This document shows positions 53,633 through 64,000 of a stretch of 64,000 nt of DNA, piece after piece. The notes beneath the pieces are model-generated. The model was not told where the DNA came from and made no database searches. It saw nothing but the letters and a program-made list of their open reading frames with translations. Origin of the DNA: Octopus sinensis. Lineage: Eukaryota. Location: positions 46,128,001 through 46,192,000 of the forward strand of contig NC_043013.1 in the NCBI RefSeq assembly GCF_006345805.1, read 5' to 3'. Position numbers and translations under genes: made by a program. Position 1 is the stretch's first letter, and every line of letters starts with the position of its first letter.

Positions 53633-54011
53633 TTGTATTGTACAAGATTGGTCCAAGGAGCAGGCAATGGACAGGCCCCAGCATGTCGACAACGATAACA
53701 TGCTTTTTTTTTTTTTTTGTGTTCTTTGTTCTTTGTCACACTGCATGTCCTAATGCATGCTTCACTTTCCTACATGCACTGAACCTTCCTTGCTTGTTAT
53801 TTAGGGGTTTGGAGGAGCGGGGTGTGGGGGAGCTTAGGGTGGAGAGTGGGTGGGGGGGGGTGATGATGGTTTGTGGGGTGGGGTGGGGGGCTTCTTCACC
53901 TGCGTTATCACAGCTTGCATTGTCGATGCTATGTTGATAATAAATTGTTCTTTTCTGTAACACAAATCTTTGGAAGTCTTAAAAATCTGCGTTTACTCTG
54001 TGAGATTCCTG

Positions 54012-54769
54012 CTAACCATCCATTTGTTGGTTGCCATTCTCACCGTTTGGGATAAGACTATGCCCAAAGGGCCCACTCCAATATTTTTTGCCGTCTTTGA
54101 TTCTTCTGTCTCTTATTAGCATATCATTTGCCATAGATTCTTCCCTTAGATCATGTTTATCTTCTTTGAAACTGTCCTTACTCTCCAGTGCTGCGTAATA
54201 ACCCACCATCATGTTATTTTTAACTAGGTTAGTCTTCACACTGTCATTCTCTTCAATTCCATTCTTTCTTGGAAGTATTTCATTATTTGTATTTTCCAAC
54301 TCTTCACTAGATGAATGGTTTCTGCTGCTGTTGTTGTTATTGTTGATGTTGATGCTATTGTTGTTGTTGTTGTTATTACTAGTGCTGTTACAACTATTGT
54401 TGTTGTTATTATCATTGTACTCATCTATCACCACATCTTCATCTTCGTCTTCAATTACATCATCATCTGCTTCATTGATCACAGTTTTATGACTACAGTT
54501 TCCATTCATATTTCTGTTGATGGATTTTTTATATCCTGTAATGTTACTTTTAGGTTTTTGCTGTTGCAGTTCTTTTAGCTGCTCTGCAAAATCAGCCATG
54601 CCGTACTGTTGTGCAATACGCAAACCTTCGTCAAAGAGGGTCTCTTGCACCAACTTGGCATTTTTCTGAGTTGCAGTATATAAGTCACTTTTGGTAAAAT
54701 CAAAATAACTTTCTCCATCCTGGGAGTCGTTAAGTGGAGAGGAGCAACCACTCGGGAAGTTGGAAGAAT
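54012..54769 (-). CDS. Terminal coding exon of an unidentified gene (helical segment, acidic tract, poly-Asn, C-terminus ...NGENGNQQMDG*)
   Basis: Strong acceptor ttgtttcttttgttttgcag| at 54770, phase 1. About 250 open codons with protein-like composition (DLYTATQKNAKLVQETLFDEGLRIAQQYGMADFAEQLKELQQ), ending at a stop at 54012. No upstream exon could be identified in the window; family not recognised. Confidence 0.8.
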
Positions 54770-54968
54770 CTGCAAAACAAAAGAAACAAAAAGTCAACGA
54801 GAAATCAAATACAGTGTAATAAACATTTTATAGTTTAAATCAACTTTAACAAATGACAGACACATAGGATATCAGCAAGGAGCTGGGTTAAAATCATCAT
54901 CTTTGATGGTGATGAGAGTTTTCAACTGACTGATTGTCTATCTAATTCATACACACATTATATAGCCT

Positions 54969-55386
54969 GCGCAGGAGTGGCTGTGTGGTAAGTAGCTTGC
55001 TAACCAACCACATGGTTCCGGGTTCAGTCCCACTGCGTGGCATCTTGGGCAAGTGTCTTCTGCTATAGCCCCGGGCTGACCAATGCCTTGTGAGTGGATT
55101 TGGTAGACGGAAACTGAAAGAAGCCTGTCGTATATATGTATATATATATATGTATACATATATGTATATATGTGTCTGTGTTTGTCCCCCTAGCATTGCT
55201 TGACAACCGATGCTGGTGTGTTTACGTCCCCGTCACTTAGCGGTTCGGCAAAAAGAGACCGATAGAATAAGTACTGGGCTTACAAAGAATAAGTCCCGGG
55301 GTCGATTTGCTCGACTAAAGGCGGTGCTCCAGCATGGCCGCAGTCAAATGACTGAAACAAGTAAAAGAGTAAAAAGAGTAAAGAGT
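54969..55386 (+). mobile_element. SINE family A, full length
   Basis: Head, microsatellite core and tail all present. Confidence 0.92.
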
Positions 55387-56990
55387 ATAACAGATTACAA
55401 ACATAAAAGGAAAGCAAACAAATGTCTTAAAGGAATAAATAACTAAATAACATTGAACTCAGGGTCTATCGATACACCAGGAAACAAAAAACACAACTGC
55501 ACAGGAAGGGCTGAACAGGACACAGTGTAACAATATGATGCCTTAAAATCTACTACAACTATTGCTGTGGTCGCTCCCTACTGTAATATAAAAGATTGTA
55601 ATCAGCTTTTTAAATTTCATACAGGTTTCTCAGAGTTTGGTGCCATGGTAGGAGACAAGATCTATTTTCGATGCAAATTTATTCAAATGTCTACTGACAA
55701 AATGTAAATTTGACATAGATATATATAAAAAGAAAAAAAGAAGAAAAAAGAAAAGAAAAACGCTGAATTCCTACAAGATTCAAAAAGAATTAGATGGAAT
55801 TTTTTAGAATTAAGTTTTATCCTTGATATCTCTCTCTATTTGTCAACACAGACACACAGACACACACATGATTGGCAATATGCTGTACTCAAGAAGACCT
55901 ACCAAGCTCTGCTAGCAAAGCACGACTATATATATATAATCATCATCATCGTCATTTAACATCCATGTTCCATACTTGCATGTGCTGTATGGCTCGATGG
56001 ACCAGAAGGATCTGAGGACTACATCATAGTCCAATGCCTGCTTTTGTTTCTACAACTGGGTGCCCTTCCTAATGCCAACCACTTTATACCATGTACTGGG
56101 TGTTACTCTTTATTCTTTTAATTTTTTTGTGTGTGTGGCAGTCAAAAGAGGTTAAAGTATGGGAGAAGTGGGGTCGGTACAAAACAGATTTATTATAGAG
56201 GAACAACATGACCATCCACATTGTGTGTGTGTGTTATTTCATTCAAAGCTGAAGTCTATGAAATCAGTTTCAAGTTTCATGTTTCCAATTTTGTCTGCAA
56301 AACTGGAATTGTGAAAATCAGTCACAGTTAAAGACACTTCAGCTTCTTCTAAAGTATCAGCAGGAGCAGGCTAAGAAGTCATCATCATCATCATCATCAT
56401 CATCGTTTAGCGTCCGCTTTCCATGCTGACATGGGTTGGACGGTGCAATTGGGGTCTGATCTGGCAATATTTCTACGGCTGGATGCCCTTCCTAACGCCA
56501 ACCACTCCATGAGTGTAGTGGGTGCTTTTTACATGCCACCGGCACAGGTGCCAGACGAGGCTGGCAAACGGCCACGATCGGATGGTGCTTCTCAACCATG
56601 TTTATTCAGGTTCTCAACTATGTTTATTCAGGTTCAGTCCTACTGTGTGGCACCTTGGGCCCAGCATTTCTTACCAGAGCCTTTGGGCCAACCAGTACTT
56701 TGTGTAGGAAATTTAGCACAAGGAAACTGAAAGAAGCCTCTTGTAAACATGTGCATGTGAGTGCACGTGTTTGTGCGTGTGTGAATGTGTGCATACGCCG
56801 TTGTTAGTGCTTACCAGCTGCACTGAGCTACGGCTACGAATGATGATGATGTTGCTTCTTATGACAGAGATGCAAACGTTGGCATGACTCGCTGTTTGCA
56901 ACTGGGTCTCAAGCAGTGACACTGTTGACATTTCCCATCAGCAAATCATCACTGATTTGAATTCAATCAACAGGTAGTTCAGGTAATAGG

Positions 56991-57021
<31 letters not shown>

Positions 57022-57953
57022 AAATACACATTGTCGAACCTGATAGCAATCCATTATTGGCAGAGCCAGCAATTGTTCCGATTCCAATGAAGAGACAAAA
57101 TGAGATTGTATACCGTTTATGCCTCGCTCACAAATGTCAATGGCATAAGTGATGTAATGAAGTTGCAGTCAGAATATCAAATGATGCTGTTAAGTCTGCA
57201 TGGCAACAATTTACTGCCTCACTCTAGTATTTACCACATAATTAACCAATAACATTGTTTATCTAAGCAGCTAATGACATTAATTGTAATTACCAAGTGA
57301 AGCTTGTGAATGGCTATGTGCACTTTAAGCAGGTGTTTTCAAAGCAGCATTGATGATGCTAAAGCAAACCGCAGATTGCTACACAAGAATTACACCAGTT
57401 GTGAATCACTTTGCAATGTGGATTTTAGTCAATTAACTCGTTAATTTCAACTTATATATTATTGGATTCTATCTCGTCATAATTACTAGTAACATATAAT
57501 AGGATAGCTATTGGATTTATAATTCTATTTTCGCTGGTGGGAATTGATTTGTATTATTATAACAGCGGTGTGTTGAGGGAAGCTGTGTAGCCTATCATCA
57601 ACATCACCATCATTTAACATTCACTTTTCCATGCTTTCATGGATCGGTCAGAATTTGTTGAACCAAAGTTTCCTAAACTGGATGACCCACTTGGAGCCAA
57701 TCCTCACCTGTTTCCAAACAAATAATATTTTCCTTAGACACGTTTTCATGGATGACTAGAAATGAATAACTTCACTTCAATGATGATGATGATGATGCTC
57801 ATTAACAGTCATCACATGATGTCTAGACAAGAGCACACACACATACACACAATAGGCTTCTCTCAGTTTCCATCTATCAAATCCACTGACAAGGTTTTGG
57901 TCAGCCCAGGACTATGGGAGAAGACACTTACCCAAGGTGTTGCACAATGTATA

Positions 57954-58091
57954 GGCGCAGGAGTGGCTGTGTGGTAAGTAGCTTGCTTACCAACCACATG
58001 GTTCCGGGGCAAGTGTCTTCTACTATAGCCTCGGGCCAACAAAAACCTTGTGTGTGGATTTAGTAGACGGAAACTGAAAGAATCCTGTCGT

Positions 58092-58129
<38 letters not shown>

Positions 58130-58250
58130 TGTGTGTGTGTATGTGTTTGTGTGTCTGTGTTTGTCCACCCAACATCGCTTGACAACCGATGCTGGTGTGT
58201 TTACGTCCCTATAACTTGGTAGACGGAAACTGAAAGAAGCCTGTCGTATG

Positions 58251-58281
<31 letters not shown>

Positions 58282-58503
58282 ACGTGTTTGTGTGTCTGTG
58301 TTTGTCCACCCAACATCGCTTGACAACCGATGCTGGTGTGCTTATGTCCCCATAACTTAGTGGTTCAGCAAAAAAAGAGACCGATAGAATAAGTACTAGG
58401 CTTACAAAGAATAGGTCCTGGGGTCGATTTGCTTGACTAAAAGGCGGTGGTCCAGCATGGCCACAGTCATATGACTGAAACAAGTAAAAGAGTCAAGAGA
58501 GTA
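57954..58503 (+). mobile_element. SINE family A with internal ~155-bp tandem duplication
   Basis: Segment GTAGACGGAAACTG...ATAACTT repeated. Confidence 0.9.
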
Positions 58504-59615
58504 CAGAGAGTGGGAATGAACTCAAGACCACATGGATGGGAAGTAAGCTTCTCTACCACACAGCAATGCCTGCACCTGGACTATATTTACATTAAGGTGG
58601 CGAGCTGGCAGAAACGTCAGCACGCCGGGCGAAATGCGTAGCTGTATTTTGTCTGCCGTTATGTTTTGAGTTCAAATTCCGCCAGGGTCGACTTTGCCTT
58701 TCATCCTTTCGGGGTCGATAAATTAATTACCAGTTACGCACTGGGGCCAATGTAATCGACTTAATCCCTTTGTCTGTCCTTGTTTGTCCCCTCTGTGCTT
58801 AGCCCCTTGTGGGTAGTAAAGAAATACATATATCTACATTATAGCAGCTATGTGTAGGAAGAACATGTATTAATTTTGGAATTGTATCATGGCAGCATGC
58901 CTTTGAAGAAGCTTTATTGCATATATGTTTTATAATGGCTATGCACAGGAAGAAGCCATATTAATTACATATGTATATCATAGATGTAATGTGTTGGAGG
59001 AAGATATGTCAGTTATATGAGTACCTCATAACGACCGAAATCATTTATATTATGTACAAAGTGGTAAACATGTCCACAGAGAATATAAATCATTCTCAAT
59101 ACATGTGGCCAACATGTTCAGTGATAAGATATCAGCATTATTGTTCATATATAAATAGAAATAAAATAAAGATAAGTTATAGATGTGATGAAACAAACAG
59201 CATACACATTCACATATACATACAACACACATACAAACAACATACTAAGCATACATCCACATATGTAGGTGCAGGAGTGGCTGTGTGGTAAGTAGCTTGC
59301 TTACCAAACACATGGTTCTGGGTTCAGTCCCACTGCGTGGCACCTTGGGCAAGTGTCTTCTACTATAGCCTCAGGCCGACCAAAGCCTTGTGAGTGGATT
59401 TGGTAGACGGAAACTGAAAGAAGCCCATCGTATATATGTATATATACATCTATCTATCTATCTATATATATATATATATTATATATATATATATAGACTT
59501 TAACAGCAGGAGTGGTTGTGTGGTAAGTAGCTTGCTTACCAACCACATGGTTCTGGGTTTGTATATATGCGTATATATCTATCTATCTATATATATATAT
59601 ATGGACTTTAAGAGC

Positions 59616-60010
59616 AGGAGTGGCCGTGTGGTAAGTAGCTTGCTTACCAACCACATGGCTCTGGGTTCAGTCCCACTGCGTGGCACCTTGGGCAAGTGTC
59701 TTCTGCTATAGCCTCAGGCCGACCAATGCCTTGTGAGTGGATTTGGTAGACGGAAACTGAATGAAGCCTGTCGTATATATATGTACATATATATGTATAT
59801 GTGCGTGTATGTTTGTGTTTGTCCCTCTAGCATTGCTTGACAACCGATGCTGGTGTGTTTATGTCCCCATCACTTACCGGTTCAGCAAAAGAGACTGATA
59901 GAATAAGTACTGGGCTTACAAAGAATAAGTCCCGGGGTCGAGTTGCTCGACTAAAGGCGGTGCTCCAGCATGGCCGCAGTCAACTGACTGAACCAAGTAA
60001 AAGAGTAAAG
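59616..60010 (+). mobile_element. SINE family A, preceded by two partial heads (59268-59540)
   Basis: Repeated GGAGTGGYYGTGTGGTAAGTAGC heads separated by (TA)n. Confidence 0.9.
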
Positions 60011-60539
60011 AGATATATATACACACAACACCATGCATAAACTAGCAGCCGAATCTCTCTCATATTACACAAGCCAGCTTAAAAATAAGAGGAAGGACAC
60101 ACTGGATAATATAGTCCTAGATATTATGTCTGAAAAAAACAGACAGGATGGTCATGGTTGGAAGGCTTCTATCCATAAGCTTGCTGGATCTGCACTGAGC
60201 ACTGAGATGAGGTAAAAGAACAGCTCACACAGTACAAGCACACACAAACATGTACACACGTATTTGCACACCCAAAGATCAAGCATAATATGTCGGCTAA
60301 TTTTAGAGGAAAGGCCAAACTGCACAGGTTTTACATTACACAAAAGCTAAATAACTTTCAAAGCAGCTTCTCTTTTGGAAGTATGGGTCTTTGCTATTAA
60401 TTCTCAGCTAAGAAAGTAAGTCAATAGTTTAACTTCTGAAGAAGATAACCCCATTCAGTGACAAGTGTTAAACTGTTTCTTAAATGCTGCATCTATACCT
60501 CTTTTGTGTATGTCTGTGTGTCCCCAGAGGCAAAGAAAC

Positions 60540-60710
60540 ACATACACACACACACACATAAATAAATACACACACACATAAATAAACACACACACACATA
60601 AATACACAGACACATAAATGAATACACACACACACACATAAATAAATACACACACACACACATAAATAAATACACACACACATAAATAAATACACACACA
60701 AACACACAAT
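60540..60710. repeat. Minisatellite AATAAATACACACACACAT (~20-bp unit)
   Basis: Direct reading. Confidence 0.9.
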
Positions 60711-61581
60711 TTTTACTTGTTTCAGTCCTTAGACAATGGCTACAGTGGGGGACAACCTTAAAGGGTTTAGTCAAACGAACTGACCCCAGTACTTATTTTG
60801 ATACTCATTGTATTGCCACTTTTGCCAAGCAGCTAAGTTATGGGGATATAAACAAACCAACACCAGTTGTCGAGTGGTGTTGGAAAACAGACACAAAAAG
60901 ACACACACACATACACATGAATAGTTTCTGTAGAGTTTCCATCTGCCAAATTCACTCACAAGTCATTGGTTGGCCCAGGGTTATAATAGAAGACACTTGC
61001 TAACCAAAGGTGCCATGCAATGGGACTGAACCCAAAACTACAGCCATTTTTCATTTCAATTCTCTTCTAAATCCCAGCCAGTCCTCAGAACTGTTATCAT
61101 GTAGAAGTGCCAGTGTGAAAGGAGAACACTAGTATGAACTCCAGATAATATTCTTTTCTGCTTAAAGCACAAAGCCCAAAATTTTTGAGGAGGGAGCCAG
61201 TTGATTAGATCAATCCCAGTACGCAACTGGTATTTAATTTATCGACTCTGAAAGGATGAAAGGCAAAGTTGACCTTGGCAGAATTTGAACTCAGAACGTA
61301 AAGACAGATGAAATGAGCTCCAGATAATAAGATCAACCTGGTGTGGTTTGCAGAGTGGTTGGCAACAAGAAGGGTAACCATCCACAAAGAACGTGGAACA
61401 CGTGGGAAATGGTCCTTGACCCATCTAAGAGGAGTAGTAACTTAACAAACTTGGTCAGAGAGGAGCTGTCCAACCCATGCCAAAATGGGGAAGGTGGATG
61501 CAAAGATTATGACGAGGATAATACATTGCCTATTATAAAAATATCAATTTCACAAATTCTCTCAATGAGGATCTTCTACAG

Positions 61582-62071
61582 CCAGGGTTCACAACCCTTT
61601 TTTTTCCTATGGACCCTTTTGTTGCCTATTTTACCCTACTGGACCTCCGTAGCCATTCGATGTAGATAAAAAAAATCCTATTGTATTTTTAAAATTAAAT
61701 ATTACTAGGAATTACTCTTTTACTTGTTTCAGTCATTTGACAGGGGCCATGCTGGAGCACCGCCTTTAGTTGAGCAAATCAACTCCAGGACTTATTCTTT
61801 GTAAACCTAGTACTTATTCTATTGGCCTCTTTTGCCGAACCGCTAAGTTATGGGCCTGAGGCTATAGAAGACACTTGCCCTAGGTGCTACACAGTGGGAC
61901 TGAACCTGGAACCATGTGGTTGGTAAGCAAGCTACTTACCACACAACCACTCCTGCGCCTATTGTATAAAAAAAAAATTCAAATATTTTGTGTATTGCAG
62001 AATTATAAGCAAATTATTGCTCATAAATTTTAACTAAGAAATCTTATATGGACCCCAGTTGAGAACCATGG
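61582..62071. mobile_element. hAT (Charlie-like) MITE carrying a nested SINE
   Basis: TIRs CCAGGGTTCACAAC / (rc) CCATGGTTCTCAAC. 8-bp TSD TTCTACAG at 61574-61581 and 62072-62079. SINE-A inserted at 61713-61959. Related partial copy at ~39660-39840. Confidence 0.88.
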
Positions 62072-62716
62072 TTCTACAGAGCTGGTCAATCAGCTAGAAA
62101 TAGCAGCTGAATCATACAAAAATTCCATCCTACTATTTTAATAGAGAAAGGATACATTGGATAATGCAGTCTGGAATTAAAAAAAAAAATACAAAAAAAA
62201 AAACCAAAACAAAAAAAAAAAAAAAAAAACAGGATGACCTAGGCTGTAACTTGAACTCAGAACCAGTTCATCACCCTTAAACATATAAATGTCAGAATAA
62301 AGTCTGTTCATCATGAGAATATTTATAGCAGATCTGTTTTGTTGATTGCTACAATTGTTAGGATTTTTCCAGCATTGCAGGGAGACAGTAATGTAACACT
62401 GTCTGGCCTGTATGGAGACATTAATGGAGGAAAAAAAAAACCTGTCCAATTCTACTAATGCTAGGATTTCCTGTCAGACCCAAGTGGCACTAAGTGTTTC
62501 CATTTTTATCTCATAATTCACTTAGCATTCAAAATCTACATTTAATATGTAATATTTGAAATCTCAGTTGATGGCAGCTACGGTTATTGTTTTCGAATAA
62601 GGAGGCCTTAACGTATCGTGATATACCAGGCAAAAACACTCTGAAGGATATTGAAATGATAAGAAATATCTATGGAAAAGAAATGAAATATTCAAAACTC
62701 ACATTTTAAAATTATA

Positions 62717-63118
62717 TACTCTTTTACTCTTTTACTTGTTTCAGTCATTTGACTGCGGCCATGCTGGAGCACCGCCTTTAATCGAGCAACTCGACCCCGG
62801 AACTTATTCTTTTGTAAGCCCAGTACTTATTCTGTCGGTCTCTTTTGCCGAACCGCTAAGTAACGGGGACATAAACACACCAGCATCGGTTGTCAAGCAA
62901 TGCTAGGGGGACAAACACACACACGTATATATATATATATATATATACATATATACGACGGGCTTCTTTCAGTTTCCGCCTACCAAATCCACTCACAAGG
63001 CTTTGGTCGGCCCGATGCTATAGTAGAAGACACTTGCCCAAGGTGCCACGCAGTGGGACTGAACACGGAACCATGTGGTTGGTAAACAAGCTACTTACCA
63101 CACAGCCACTCCTGCGCC
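62717..63118 (-). mobile_element. SINE family A, full length
   Basis: Reverse complement of the consensus. Confidence 0.92.
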
Positions 63119-63511
63119 TGAACATAGGTTCAGAATATGAATATGTTCTGAACCTATGTTTAGTGATATAAGCTGAACCTTTTAAATCAGGTACTCAATG
63201 TTTCAGGTCTGCCACCATAGCTTGTTATCTGCCACAGGGGCATTTTTAGTTTTAGAATTATATATTACACAAAACAATAAACTCCTTATTTGGAAACATT
63301 ATAAGTTGTAATATTGCCTCGTTTAAGCCTTGTTCTAGTTTTGATGTGACGTCAGTGTACATGTGAAATAAGATGGCAACACCATGTTTACATAGGGGCT
63401 CTGTTTAGTGATTAATTACTGGTATTTTGTGGTGTTTTTCTCTGGTCTGGCAATGGCTAGGTCCCACTGTCATCGGATTGAAGCTGTCCAACCTGCACTA
63501 TTATAGTTTAG

Positions 63512-63813
63512 TTTTTTCCTTCTCGAGCCACGCCTGACTCATAAGGGCCGGTTTCCCGGTTTCCTTGGCGTATAGGTTCCCCAGCTGGACGGGACACCAG
63601 TCCGTCGCAGGTGAGCTGCAAGATGCAGGAGGAAAGAGTGAGAGAAAGTTGTGGCAAAAGAGTCAGCAGAAGTTTCGCCATTACCTTCTACCGGAGCCAC
63701 GTGGAGCTTAGGTGTTTCGCTCATAAACACACACATCGCCCGGTCTGAGATTCGAACCCACCGTCCCTCGACCGTGAGTCCGCTGCTCTAACCACTAGGC
63801 CATATGCCTCCAC
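63512..63813 (-). mobile_element. SINE family D (related head, different middle, tail type 1); second copy 38772-39049 (-)
   Basis: A-box TGGCCTAGTGG, B-box GGTTCGAATCTC. 3' half shared with the 1160 copy. Confidence 0.85.
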
Positions 63814-64000
63814 TGCACTATTATACTGTAACCATGGGTTTACTTAGATCCAGTGAATGGAATTTGAGAGATGGAAACAATATGGGGAGCGCATTGTGAA
63901 TATTTGAGAGAGGGAGAGAGAAAGAGAGAGAGAGGAAGAGGAGGAAAGAAAGAACTATATATCACTGTAGAGTTTGGTACAATAGTTAAGACAACAGATT

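Noticed and set aside
56713-56931. - strand ORF with a GTAAGC donor at 56814 as a possible penultimate exon
   Set aside because: The phase-1 frame needed to join the 54769 exon contains TAG a few codons upstream.
62177-62449. Good - strand acceptor followed by IVAINKTDL (NKxD-like) or GQTVLHY (ankyrin-like) in alternative frames
   Set aside because: Both frames stop within a few codons and no strong donor follows.
63347-63377. TGACGTCA (CRE) next to AAGATGGC (YY1-like)
   Set aside because: Short motifs expected by chance in 64 kb; no associated exon.

Overview
AT-rich eukaryotic genomic DNA dense in microsatellites and short interspersed repeats. The repeat content suggests an octopus-like coleoid cephalopod (inference from pattern recognition, no database check). 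No prokaryotic features, CRISPR, rRNA or intact tRNA are supported. Two protein-coding genes are supported. (1) A complete 5-coding-exon + strand gene (22561-33186) that the ORF track mostly misses. It encodes a 216-aa secreted, cysteine-rich protein: signal peptide, a 12-Cys IGFBP-N/AmFPI-1-like domain and two thyroglobulin type-1 domains. (2) The last coding exon of an unidentified - strand gene (54012-54769), followed by a TE-poor stretch that may be a ~12.7-kb 3' UTR. The rest is mobile DNA: several modular tRNA-derived SINE families, three R4/Dong-type LINE 3' ends in TAA arrays, an internally deleted Tx1/L1-type LINE, a CR1 3' end, pogo-type transposase remnants, and hAT- and piggyBac-type MITEs with intact TSDs. 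Also present are a candidate degenerate hammerhead ribozyme cassette, a 60-bp-arm hairpin, and two near-identical tandem duplications (400 bp and ~1.45 kb) that may be assembly artefacts. Most long ORFs in the track are microsatellite translations.
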